A DNA stretch of 64,000 nt from the human T2T-CHM13v2.0 reference genome, Homo sapiens: NCBI RefSeq assembly GCF_009914755.1, contig NC_060940.1. One strand, given 5' to 3'. Positions 1 to 24,829 of the stretch are shown here, one piece after another. The position numbers and the translations under genes are program-made. Each line of letters opens with the position of its first letter. The first letter of the stretch is position 1. Below the pieces are notes generated by a model. It was given only the letters and a program-made list of their open reading frames with translations. It ran no database searches and had not been told where the DNA came from.

Positions 1-44
1 AGCCTGGGCGACAGAGTGAGACTCCATCTCAAAAAAGAAAAAAA

Positions 45-339
45 GGCCGGGTGCAGTGGCTCACGCCTGTAATCCTAGCACTTTGGGAGGCTGAGGCGGG
101 TGGATCATGAGGTCAGGAGATCGAGACCATCCTGGCTAACACGGTGAAACCCCACCTCTACTAAAAATACAAAAAATTATCCGGGCATGGTGGCGGGCGC
201 CTGTAGTTCAGCTACTCAGCAGGCTGAGGCTAGATAATGGCGTGAACCCGGGAGACGGAGCTTGCAGTGAGCAGAGATCGCACCACTGCACTCCAGCCTG
301 GGTGACTGAGCAAGACTCTGTCTCAAAAAAAAAAAAAAA
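45..339 (+). mobile_element. Alu (AluY-like), preceded by the tail of another Alu at 1-44
   Basis: GGCCGGGTGCAGTGGCTCACGCC...GAGACCATCCTGGCTAAC...poly(A). Confidence 0.95.
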
Positions 340-401
340 TACCAATGTGGCAGGCAGGCTGGTGGCTGTCTGAGGTCAGTCCAGAGTCCGGAGAAGCAGC
401 A

Positions 402-719
<318 letters not shown>

Positions 720-1276
720 TTAAACTTGTTTGGCCCTCCCTAACACCAACCTTGGCAGTTCCTGGGCTGCAGTAAGCCGAGACTTGGAAATACATTCGCC
801 TTGGAGAATTCAACTTCAAAATGCATACGAAGTAGGTCAGGGTGGAAATAAAGGCACTGCCCTTTCTCCAGGCACGCTGGAGTCCACGCCCTGCCTTTGC
901 CCAATGCCCTCTGAGGGAGAGGCCCTGTGCCTTGCACCCAGCGCGGGCCACAGGCGGAGGCCCCATTCCAGGCAAGCCGTGCCCATGGAGAGGCTGGCCT
1001 GCTAGGCTGTGGGGCCCGATGGCCTGACACTGTATGGACCACGCTCCTGCCCTGCCCTGCCCCGCCCTGCCCGTGGCCCGTGTGCAGAAGTGGGCAGGCC
1101 TGGGTTGCTGGGCCAGAGCCCCGAGATTTCCCCCTGCCCCACTGGCTGAGTGTGGGGGAGCTGCTTCTCCACTTCCGCGTGGGTCTTGGCCCTGGGAGGC
1201 CAGTGGCCGAGGCTGGTCTCGCGGGCGCTCGCTCCAGGAGTGGCGCGTCCCCTCAGCGCCCTGTGCTTCCTCGCAG

Positions 1277-11656
<10,380 letters not shown>

Positions 11657-13273
11657 CGGGGATGGGCGGGGCCGCCTGTGCAGATGCCAGGAGGGCTCGA
11701 GCTGGACACTCCTGGCTGGACGCCAGGCCAGTGCCGCCTACGTGGAGACTGTCCACACAGCTGCCTCAGAAGCGCCGGGCTTTCCTCACACCTGAGCCGG
11801 GTGCGAGGAGGAGCATGCACGGACCAAGCGCGGCAGGCGGGAGGAGGGGGCGCGGCTGGGCTGCTGGTGCTTCCGGGAATCTTGGTCGGAAACAAGCCGG
11901 GCCTCCCCAGCTGCCTGGGCTTGACCGGCGGGGAGCCTGGTTGGCCTTTCTTATTTATATAGAGAACACTTCACTTTTTTGTACATTTTTAAGGGGCCTT
12001 CAGGGAAGCCTGGGTGTGGCCCGGTGGTGGTGCACTGGTGACTTCATGGCCACGCCAGCTGCGGGGACGCACTTGGGACTCCTCGAGAGGGGACTCGCGG
12101 CCGCGATGGCAAGGCATCCTGTGAATTCATGCGCTGCGAGTGGCGGGGCTGCCCAGAGGCCGGGGGAGCAGACAGGGCCGGTGCTCCCTCTGGAAGCTTG
12201 GGTGACCGGGGCCCTGGCTCCCACGGGATGGAGGGTGTGGTCCTGTGGTCAGAGCCCAAGCAGCACTCAGGAGAGGGGAGAAAGGAGGTGCACCTGGCAG
12301 CCCACATTTTTGTTGCTCCCCAAATCCCTCCCCACGTGGGGATGAGAACCTTCCTGCTGTGATGTGACACCTTCGGGGACATTGACCACTCAAAACTCAG
12401 ATCATCTCGCCCACCCTGGAGAGTGCAGAGCTATCTGTAGACTTAGGAATACTTGATGGGCAGCGGTGCAGACCCCGGGCACCTGCGTGCAGCCTCCTGT
12501 TCTCGGCAGCTTCTGTCGCTGGCCCTGGGGTCCCCACAGCTGCAGCTCTCCTGTGAGGTTGCACGGCATCAGAACCATCCTGACCTTCTTAGGGACGTGC
12601 CTGGAACCACCTCGTCCACGTCCACGTCCACCTGGGGGCCTCGGGAGGCTAGGCCCCTCCTCAAAGGCCCACCAGCCCGGCGCTCATGCTGAGCCCCAGG
12701 CACGCAGGGCCGGCCACCTCTCTCCTGAAGCCATTGGCCGCTCCTCCACCCAGTGCTTCTGCCCATGCCTGCCCCAGCAGCCCCTCTGCACGGTCACCAT
12801 CGCCTGGGCCTGCCCACAGCACTGGTGCTCACCTCTACCTCCTGTCCTCAGGCCGTGCGGCACGACATGGCCAGCACGCAGAAGGAGCCCTCCCGGGACC
12901 CAGGACCCCCCGTGGTGGACTCCGCGGCACATGCTTCCCAAGGTGGTCCCACGGAGGGTGTTACTGGGCACCAGTGGACTCGCCCCATGGCCCGTTCCTG
13001 GGAGATGAGGGCCGTGGCCTGCATGAACTACCAGATGAGTAAGGGAACCCCAGGCAGGCGGCCCTGCCACAGCCCCCAAAGACACTGGCCTCCTGCTCCA
13101 GCTTCCCTGTCCTGGCCCCACCTGTCCTGTTGCTGCCAGCAGGGCCCTTGTTTGGGATTATGAACAAACCTCACAGACTTTGAGGACCTGGATGGTCCTG
13201 CATTCACGGCATCAACACTACCCGCGCTGCTGTTAGACACTCCGCCATTCCTGGTTCTCTCCGAACCGTTCTT

Positions 13274-13284
13274 TGTACAGTAAA
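13274..13284 (+). terminator. Probable RAB40C polyadenylation signal (variant AGTAAA with upstream UGUA)
   Basis: I saw no AATAAA between the RAB40C stop and WFIKKN1. TGTA (13274) and AGTAAA (13279-13284) are followed by a GT/T-rich tract. Confidence 0.5.
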
Positions 13285-15287
13285 TGTAATTCAGCTGTGG
13301 TCCCCACGTTTTGCTGTGTCTGGTGGGGTGGGTCTGGCAGTGGCGGTGCCCCGTGCCAGGGGCCAGTGCTGCTTCATACCCGGCAAACTGACCTCTGGCC
13401 TTTGTTTTGCCTGCTGTTCCCTGCGCTGACCGGGCTGACCTGCCGCGGTTGGCTGGGTTCGCCTCAAAGTGAGGGCTGGAGCTGGGCTGGAGCAGCTGGG
13501 CCTGGTCACGGCCATTCTCCTCTTCCCGGTGGATGGAATCCCAGCTGGGCTGTGCTGAGCCCTCGCTCACAGTCCCCGGCAGCAGATGGCCTGGGGCGGA
13601 CTGTCCCCAACAGCAGCAGGACTCCAGAGGGCCAGGTCCTCCAGTCAGTCGGCCCGCTCAGCAGAGCCGCCTGCACGCTGGCCAATCTGGTGTCTGCTAT
13701 GCCCGGCCCAGGGGGGTGTGGACGCCCCGGAGGTCACAGCTGAGCTGGAACGGGGCACTCCAGTTGGTACAGGGACCAGACCACAGCCTCTGGCTCAGGT
13801 GCCTCCCTGTGCTGTTTCGTGGGCATGTCCGGGCCTTAAGCCCCTCCCTGGCAGCTCCAGCCCAGCCGCCTGCTGCTGGGTCTGGCCTAGCTACCCCCAC
13901 CCCCACGCTATCAGGGCCCACCCCCAGTCTCCTTGTAGAGCAGGGACTGGCGCCTGGAGCCGTCTCCGGGTCTCATTCTGACCAGACCAGGCTCCTGTTA
14001 CCCTGCCTCCTGGGTCAGAGGTCAGACACAGGGTCAGGGGGACACTCCCATCCGGTCTCAAGAGAACCACTCCCTGAGGCCCCAGACATCTGGAGCCACA
14101 GAGGGTTTGGAAGGGTAGATTCCAGGCAGCCTTTTGTCCTGCTGCACCAGGCAGGCCAGCCCCCTGCCCTCCCCAACGAAGAGGAGCCAGCCTGGGGATG
14201 TGTGCCCCGCCGACGGGGGGCTGGGGCAGGGCAAGGCTCTGGTGCCCTGGGACACTTGCTCTTTTCAGCTGCAGACGCCCTTGCACTTGGCCTTCCCTCG
14301 GGCGGTGCCATCCCACGCGGAGCCACGTCCAGGGCTACACGGTGCGTGGGCCGAGGCTCCGGCATCAGCGTTTCGGGCTGTTCTTATGCTTGTGGTGGCC
14401 ACAGGCCTCTTCCTGCTGCACCTGCCCCGCCTTGGGGACAGGCCTGAGCCCCAAGCCCGCTGCCTGGTTTCAGGGATGGGGTCTCTGGGAATGCAGTCCT
14501 GCCGGGTTGGGCCCCACTCCAACAGGGGCAGCAGAGCAGAGGAGGCCGGGCTGTGCTGGGCGTCCTGCAGACCCCTGTGCCCCTGAAACAGCCATGGAGG
14601 GGGGAAGGAACCTCGGAGCGGAGTGAAGCCCTCGGCCGCACGTGACCGTTGCCAGCCTGGACCTGGCCCGGGGGACCCAGGCTGTGGTCAGCCACGCTCT
14701 GCGGGGAGGGCCCGTGCCTGCCACCCCCATGGCATAGGAGCCTGGGGTCCAGAGGGCGCCAGGGACAAAAGCTGGGATCTGCTGGCCCTGCCCCCACCCT
14801 ACTGAGGGTCGTCAAGGAGATTGATCTCAGCCCAGGGGTGGACGAAGGGGTTCAGGTTACAGGGTCCCCTCCCCTCCCCCTCTCCAGCCAGAGCCAGCCC
14901 TTCCCCGCCCCGGTGACCCTCATGGCCAGTGGCTCTGTGCTCATGGGCCTCTGGCCCCTCCCCAACCTCCTCCCCTCTGCCCTGTGCTGACCAGGGCCTG
15001 GGAGCCCCCGCACGGTTCAGACAGAGGGGCCAGGCTGAAGCTGGAGAGGAACCAGCGTCACACAGACGGCCTCTGAGAACTTGGAGACCCCGTTACCCAC
15101 CCAGCAGGGGTGTCAGGACAAGCATCTGCTGCAGGCTTCAGCCTCAGGGGCAAAAGGGAGCCCCGGGGTCCTGGTGGGGGCACCGACCACAGGCCCGGAG
15201 GGTGGATGCCTGCAGGAAGCTGGGCTCTGTGGAGCCCGAGGAGGGGCTGGTGGCCACACCCCCCGGCCCCCTGGCTCGGCGGCCCTC

Positions 15288-18090
15288 ATGCCCGCCCTAC
15301 GTCCACTCCTGCCGCTCCTGCTCCTCCTCCGGCTGACCTCGGGGGCTGGCTTGCTGCCAGGGCTGGGGAGCCACCCGGGCGTGTGCCCCAACCAGCTCAG
15401 CCCCAACCTGTGGGTGGACGCCCAGAGCACCTGTGAGCGCGAGTGTAGCAGGGACCAGGTGAGTGTGGTCGGGCCGGGGTCCTGGGGCTCAGAGCAGCCA
15501 GCCTGGGCAAGACCCTGCTGGAGGTGCCACCTTCTGCCTGGGCTCCCCAGACTTCTGGGGGGTCTGGGTCTGGGCCCCTTAAGGGGCCCAGAGACACCCC
15601 CATCGTTGCCCTCATTTGTCTTAAGAATAAGAGCCCTCCCCACTCCAGCTTTCATGCTCCCCATGTGCCTCCACCCTGGGCACCATCATCCTCGGCGACC
15701 ACCCCCACCCCGTCACTGCCTCTCCTCCCACCCTCTCCTCCCACCCTCTCCTCCCATCCACTTCTCCCACCCCTTCACTGCCTCTCCTTCCATCCTCTCC
15801 TCCCACCCTCTCCTCCCATCCACTCCTCCCATCCACTTCTTCCATCCTCTTCTCCCACCCCGTCACTGCCTCTCCTTCCATCCTCTCCTATCCACTCCTC
15901 CCATCCACTTCTTCCATCCTCTTCTCCCACCCCATCACTGCCTCTCCTTCCATCCTCTCCTATCCACTCCTCCCATCCACTTTTTCCATCCTCTTCTCTC
16001 ACCCCGTCATTGCCTCTCCTTCCATCCTCTCCTCCCATCCACTTCTCCCACCCCTTCACTGCCTCTCCTCCCACCCTCTCCTCCCATCCACTCCTCCCAT
16101 CCACTCCTCCCATCCACTTCTTCCATCCTCTTCTCCCACCCCGTCACTGCCTCTCCTTCCATCCTCTCCTCCCACCCTCTCCTTCCATCCTCTCCTCCCA
16201 CCCTCTCCTTCCATCCACTGTCCTCCCTGTCCTCCCACCCTCCTTCCATCCGGGACCAGTGCAGATGGTGGTGGGGGTGCTGCAGCCGATGTCCAGCCTT
16301 TGTCCTGGCCCGCACCACCTGCTGGGTGGTCCTGAGCACTGTACGCCCTCCTTGGGCCTCAGTTTCCTCGTCTGTACAACGTAAAGAATAACGGAACTTG
16401 CTTGTGGGTGTGAGGATTCTGGAAGGTAAGCCAGGTGGCACCTCTGGCGAGGTGGCTCCTCACACAGGATGGAAAGGACACTGAGTCCCCGGGGAGGCAG
16501 CCACAGAGCGGGGGGCTCCCTGCTACCCCACCTGGGCCTCCCCTTGCAGGGGCCAGGCCAGAGCCCCGGGGCGGGGGGCATTGGGGCTCCCACCTAAGTG
16601 TCCCCCATCCCCAGGACTGTGCGGCTGCTGAGAAGTGCTGCATCAACGTGTGTGGACTGCACAGCTGCGTGGCAGCACGCTTCCCCGGCAGCCCAGCTGC
16701 GCCGACGACAGCGGCCTCCTGCGAGGGCTTTGTGTGCCCACAGCAGGGCTCGGACTGCGACATCTGGGACGGGCAGCCCGTGTGCCGCTGCCGCGACCGC
16801 TGTGAGAAGGAGCCCAGCTTCACCTGCGCCTCGGACGGCCTCACCTACTACAACCGCTGCTATATGGACGCCGAGGCCTGCCTGCGGGGCCTGCACCTCC
16901 ACATCGTGCCCTGCAAGCACGTGCTCAGCTGGCCGCCCAGCAGCCCGGGGCCGCCGGAGACCACTGCCCGCCCCACACCTGGGGCCGCGCCCGTGCCTCC
17001 TGCCCTGTACAGCAGCCCCTCCCCACAGGCGGTGCAGGTTGGGGGTACGGCCAGCCTCCACTGCGACGTCAGCGGCCGCCCGCCGCCTGCTGTGACCTGG
17101 GAGAAGCAGAGTCACCAGCGAGAGAACCTGATCATGCGCCCTGATCAGATGTATGGCAACGTGGTGGTCACCAGCATCGGGCAGCTGGTGCTCTACAACG
17201 CGCGGCCCGAAGACGCCGGCCTGTACACCTGCACCGCGCGCAACGCTGCTGGGCTGCTGCGGGCTGACTTCCCACTCTCTGTGGTCCAGCGAGAGCCGGC
17301 CAGGGACGCAGCCCCCAGCATCCCAGCCCCGGCCGAGTGCCTGCCGGATGTGCAGGCCTGCACGGGCCCCACTTCCCCACACCTTGTCCTCTGGCACTAC
17401 GACCCGCAGCGGGGCGGCTGCATGACCTTCCCGGCCCGTGGCTGTGATGGGGCGGCCCGCGGCTTTGAGACCTACGAGGCATGCCAGCAGGCCTGTGCCC
17501 GCGGCCCCGGCGACGCCTGCGTGCTGCCTGCCGTGCAGGGCCCCTGCCGGGGCTGGGAGCCGCGCTGGGCCTACAGCCCGCTGCTGCAGCAGTGCCATCC
17601 CTTCGTGTACGGTGGCTGCGAGGGCAACGGCAACAACTTCCACAGCCGCGAGAGCTGCGAGGATGCCTGCCCCGTGCCGCGCACACCGCCCTGCCGCGCC
17701 TGCCGCCTCCGGAGCAAGCTGGCGCTGAGCCTGTGCCGCAGCGACTTCGCCATCGTGGGGCGGCTCACGGAGGTGCTGGAGGAGCCCGAGGCCGCCGGCG
17801 GCATCGCCCGCGTGGCGCTCGAGGACGTGCTCAAGGATGACAAGATGGGCCTCAAGTTCTTGGGCACCAAGTACCTGGAGGTGACGCTGAGTGGCATGGA
17901 CTGGGCCTGCCCCTGCCCCAACATGACGGCGGGCGACGGGCCGCTGGTCATCATGGGTGAGGTGCGCGATGGCGTGGCCGTGCTGGACGCCGGCAGCTAC
18001 GTCCGCGCCGCCAGCGAGAAGCGCGTCAAGAAGATCTTGGAGCTGCTGGAGAAGCAGGCCTGCGAGCTGCTCAACCGCTTCCAGGACTAG
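15288..18090 (+). CDS. WFIKKN1: WAP, follistatin/Kazal, Ig, Kunitz x2 and NTR domain protein 1 (548 aa)
   Basis: Exons 15288-15458 (signal peptide MPALRPLLPLLLLLRL, start of WAP) and 16615-18090. Spliced length is 548 aa. Kunitz motif FVYGGCEGNGNNF present. AATAAA at 18125-18130. Confidence 0.97.
15690..16250. repeat. Pyrimidine-rich low-complexity tandem repeat in the WFIKKN1 intron
   Basis: Reiterated CCATCCTCTCCTCCCA / CCATCCACTTCT / CCGTCACTGCCTCTCC modules with almost no G on the + strand. Confidence 0.92.
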
Positions 18091-18629
18091 CCCCCGCAGG
18101 GGCCTGCGCCACCCCGTCCTGGTGAATAAACGCACTCCCTGTGCCTCAGACCTCCTGGCTTGCTGCTGCTGGTCGGGCGACCCTCATCCTTCCAGGTGCC
18201 CCATGCCCAGCCAGTTTCCGCTGGGGCCTTGACACCCACTGGGGCTTGGGCTTTGGTACAAGGTCACCAGGGAGTGCCTGTCCGCCCCTGCATCCCCAAC
18301 CAGCTCCATCCTGCCTCAGCAGCTGTCTCGGCCCCAATCCCACTGCCCGAGCTCCAGCAGCAAGGATCAGGACGTCCCAAGCCCTTGACCCCACAGGAGA
18401 CCCCGTCTCCCACCCAACCTCACAAGGTGCTCCTAGGAGGAGGTGGGGCAGACACCAGCAAGCCGGCAGCAGGACATGCTTTATTCTGAGCAGGCTGGGC
18501 CCTTCGGCCAGCGGCTGAGAGCACAGACTGGGTGGGGCTGTCGTCCACAAGGTCCGGCCTAGGGAGGCAGGGTTCGTGCCTCACAGAGCCTCCGGCAGGG
18601 ATGCAGGTGTGCGGGGGTGAAGGAGGGGC

Positions 18630-20513
<1,884 letters not shown>

Positions 20514-20789
20514 TTAAAGGACCAGCAGTCGCCAGAGGCACGGTGGGGAGCGGCTCAGCGGTGTGTGGCGGTCCCAGGCAGGGGACTGAACGGCGAGCTT
20601 GGCTTGCTGGTTTACAGGCGCCTCAGCTCAGGCACCCTGTCGCCCATGGCCGTCCAGGGTTTTCAGGGCACCTGTGTCACTCTCCGAAATTTGTGTCAGC
20701 GCTGCGCCAGACTGGGCGCCTTCCCTTGGTTTCGGGTTTTCTCTACTTTTAAATTTCTGGCGTTAGCGAGAGTTCGATGTTCAAATGGG

Positions 20790-20797
20790 AAAAAAAA
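20790..20797 (-). terminator. Pol III oligo-T terminator of the tRNA gene
   Basis: T8 on the minus strand, 5 nt downstream of the tRNA 3' end. Confidence 0.85.
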
Positions 20798-20802
20798 CTA
20801 AG

Positions 20803-20873
20803 TGCGCCGCCCGGGAATCGAACCCGGGTCGCAAGAATGGGAATCTTGCATGATACCACTACACCAGCGGCGC
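20803..20873 (-). tRNA. tRNA-Gly, anticodon CCC
   Basis: Reverse complement is GCGCCGCTGGTGTAGTGGTATCATGCAAGATTCCCATTCTTGCGACCCGGGTTCGATTCCCGGGCGGCGCA (71 nt). It has acceptor stem, A box, B box GGTTCGATTCC and a CCC anticodon loop. Confidence 0.97.
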
Positions 20874-21324
20874 TGTCTAAGACAGTTGCTGCCCGCGGAG
20901 ACAAGAGACTGTGACGCGGGAAGTCCTCCGGGCGTGCGCCGCCGCTGGCGCCGGGCTCAGCGCAAGGGAGCTGGCGACTGCATAGGAGGACCCAGCTGGC
21001 GGGACCGCGAGGGTAAGAGTCTCGCGGTGCCCCCCAGTGCCGGAGGGGAAGGAGCGGGCGTGAAGGACGCGAGCTGGAGGACAGTCTCGATTCGGGCCTG
21101 AGCCGTGGAAGCCGTTGGCCTTCGTGAGCCGATGGGGGCGAGGCCCTGTCGGGGCGGGGCTGGGGAGAGGGCGGGGCTGGGCTGGGGCCCCCTGTTGGTC
21201 CGAGTTTAGGGCGGGGTTGCCGGAGGGGCGGGGCCATATCGGGGCGGGTCCGAGAGGGGAGGCGGGGCTGGGGGGCGGGACATGAGTGTGGACTGGCGGG
21301 TTGGGGCGGGGCCAGAGCGGGGTT

Positions 21325-21380
21325 GCGGCAGGGGCGGCAGGGGCGGCAGGGGCGGCAGGGGCGGCAGAGGGCGGGGCGGG
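21325..21380. repeat. (GGGGCGGCA)n short tandem repeat
   Basis: About 5 copies of a 9-mer within the GC-box field. Confidence 0.85.
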
Positions 21381-23439
21381 CGGTCCCAGCCTGCAGAACT
21401 GGGCGGTCTGCGGGAGGGGCACGAATAATGCCCCAGGGTTTCTCTGTGACACTGGGGTAACAGCACCAGCTCAGGGCCCACGGATAGCGTGAGGGGTCGG
21501 TCGGTGACCCCCGAAATCAAGTCACAGGCCGCGATTTATGTGCGCCCGAGGGTTGGGGTCCCAGCCTCAGAGCCGGGCTCTTCTCCAGAAAGTGCCAAGC
21601 GCCTGGCTCTGCATTCAGGACTGGCTTAGCGCCTTTGCTGAGCCGTTTTTCACCAATGGGAACCCCATATCGCTCTGGCTAGGGCAAGGACGTTGGAAGG
21701 GGTAAACCAGGGAGGGCCAGTCACGTGGCTCAGGGTAGGAGAGTGGCTTACAGGCTGCCAGTCTGGGACTGGGAACGCGGGCCATGGGGGGCTCAGGGAG
21801 TCAGGGGTCAGGGACAACCCTGCCAGGAGATGTTGGTGTCCGCCGTGGTGGTGACTGGCCAGACCCTGCAGCAGGCTCTGCGGCCCAAGCCCACGCTTTC
21901 CTCGCCTGACTGGCCGCCTCCATCTCTCTTTCTGTGGGCTGAGCACTTTCCCTGCGCCTCCTTCAATGCGCACCCTGCCCCCAACCCCCACCTCGAGGAG
22001 AGCCCCAGGAGGAGGGACCTATGATGACCAGTGGTTCTCCTGGGGCCCATGCACCTCTCCTCACCCAGATTTCACCTGGGCTTCCCTAGGCACAGGAAAG
22101 AGGAGCCCGAGATCAGTCTCTCTGCGCCTCCCTGCTTCCCCCCTTGAATGGAGCTGCGTTCAGGAGCTGCCTACAGTGCCCAGCGCATGGCAGGTTTAGT
22201 GTTGCCTGACTTCAGATATGGCCTATTGTTGGGGCTGGATGTTTGGGCCTCGTGGCTTGACCACCAATGGCTGAAGCAAACGCTAGCTCTGCTGAGCTCT
22301 GGGCCAGCCCAGCTTGTCCTTGCCGCCTGCAGTGGGCCCCAAAGGTGGGGGGCCGCCTTCGGGAGCCTGTGTGAGCTCGGGTTATGCCCTTCCCCACATG
22401 GGGCTTCCCTCCCCAGCACCGCCCTCACTCTAACTCAGCTGGTCCTTGCTGCCAGGTCTTCCACAGGAGCATATGCCCTCAGGCTGTGCACAGGCCCCCC
22501 AGCACCCCGTCCTGCCTCCCTGGCCTGTGTGAGTGATTGCGCTGAAGGCCACTGGGAGAAGCCAGGGCAGGACGCAGGCTGCACAGATGACGGGGATCAC
22601 ACTGGCCTTCCTTGAAGGACACGATGCCCGATGCTGGTGGGGGGAGGGCAGAGCCAGGTGGGGGGAGGGGAACTGGGGGAGTGGGGAAGGTGGGGGCAGG
22701 GGTGGGGGTGGGAGGTAGAAAAGAGTCCGTGAGGAGTCCTTCCTAGGGGGCGTCTCAGGCTTGGCCTCCCTGGCTGTGGCTTGCCATCTCCTTTGCCCTC
22801 TGAGGGCCACAGGCCTGGCCCAACCCTGCAGAGAAGGCAGCTGGGGATGGAAACCTCTTTCCTTCCGCTCTTCAGCCATGCTGAGGAGGGGTACAGGGCC
22901 AAGAGACACCTGGGTCAGAAGCTTCCCTGAGGGCCTCCCAGTAAGTCTGGAGCTCCCAGAAGGGAGGAGAAGCAGGGCCAGTGCATGGGGTGGGGGCTCC
23001 TCGGGCTGGCCCCCCACCACCAAGGGCCTCCCCTCACCCCTCCATGTGGTGCATGTTGCTTGCCTGGAAATTTAGACAGGAAGACTCTGGGCCCTGCCGC
23101 CCACCCGCCACAGCTCCGTTTTCAGCCACAGCATCCCTGACCTCTCCTTGGAGAATGTGGGGGCCACTGGACACGCCAGGCCCTGATGCCGGCACAGGCA
23201 GCCTCCTCTTGTTCCTGGACCAAACTGAGAGTCGGGCTGCTATTTCTCGTGGCCCAGTAACGAGATGCAGATGAACTGGTGAGGAAGAGGGTTTTTATTT
23301 CTGCAGCCGGTTACAAGGAGAAGGCCTGGAAATTATCACCAGAACAAGTCAAATTACAAAGTTTTCCAGAGGTTATGTACCTTCCAACCTAGATGTCTGT
23401 GTGTAAGTGTGCATTCATCTGAAGACATAAGTGGTTAAC

Positions 23440-23645
23440 TTTTTTCTTTTTTCTTTTTTTTGAGACGGAGTCTTGCTCTGTTGCCCAGGCTGGAGTGCAG
23501 TGGCACGATCTTGGGCTCACTATTTTTAGTAGAGACGGGGTTTCCCCGTGTTAGCCAGGATGGTCTCGATTTCCTGACCTCGTGATCCGCCCGCCTCGGC
23601 CTCCCAAAGTGCTGGGATTACAGGCGTGAGCCACCGTGCCCGGCC
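23440..23645 (-). mobile_element. Internally deleted Alu within the LTR
   Basis: Jumps from ...GGCTCAC to TATTTTTAGTAGAG; TSD-like AAGTG(G/A)TTAACTT on both sides. Confidence 0.88.
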
Positions 23646-23959
23646 AAGTGATTAACTTCTTTTAATCTATAATTAAGGCCTGAGTCCTGAAGACCTTCCC
23701 CTGGAGCCTCAGTAAACTGACTTAATCTTGTTTCCTGCTAAATCATGAAGGTTTGGGGAGTTCCTTCGGGCTCCCAATAAACTTGTCTGTGGAGGCCTGG
23801 AGAGTTTCTTCAGACCTCCAATAAACTTGTTTAATCCTAAACGGGTCCTATTAAGAATTCCTTCGTTATCTTGTCGCGCTTCAAGGCCCAGGAGAGGCCT
23901 GGGCACAGCTCTTGGTGGGCTTTTGTTACATTCCAGCCTTTGAAGAAGGGCACTGGCTT

Positions 23960-24428
<469 letters not shown>

Positions 24429-24829
24429 CAGCTTTTTAAGCTTTTAATATTGAACTAACCACTCTGCACTGAAATAATTGTTATGGAGGCCTGCGTTAGT
24501 GAGACCTGGCCTGCCACACTCTCACATCTGTGGGGCGGGTACAGGAGCCCCAGGGGCCGAAGAGGCACACGTCGGGCCTCTGGGTGCACCTCAGCCTGGG
24601 GGCCAGGACGTGGGGCAGAGTGCAGCCAGGGTTCTGACTCCTGGGGTGGAAGGGAGACTCCCAGGGCATCATGTCTCTACCCAAGTCCAGGGGGATGAGC
24701 CGCTTTTTCTCTTCTTAGACCCAGTCCCAAGACCCAAGCCAAGGGTGACCCTTCACACTGGCCCAGGCCTCTGCAGGCACCTTGGCTGAGGCTCCCCAAG
24801 TATGAATGGTAAATCCTTGCCTCCAGCCT

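Noticed and set aside
13533-14447. 304-aa intergenic ORF between RAB40C and WFIKKN1
   Set aside because: Low-information GC-rich composition, no domain, promoter or poly(A) support; such ORFs are common at this GC content.
15081-16391. 436-aa ORF extending WFIKKN1 exon 1
   Set aside because: Non-ATG start plus read-through of a stop-poor pyrimidine repeat; the true exon ends at donor 15458.
16594-18135. 513-aa antisense ORF over WFIKKN1 exon 2
   Set aside because: Shadow ORF expected from the high GC3 codon bias of the sense gene; no recognisable domain.
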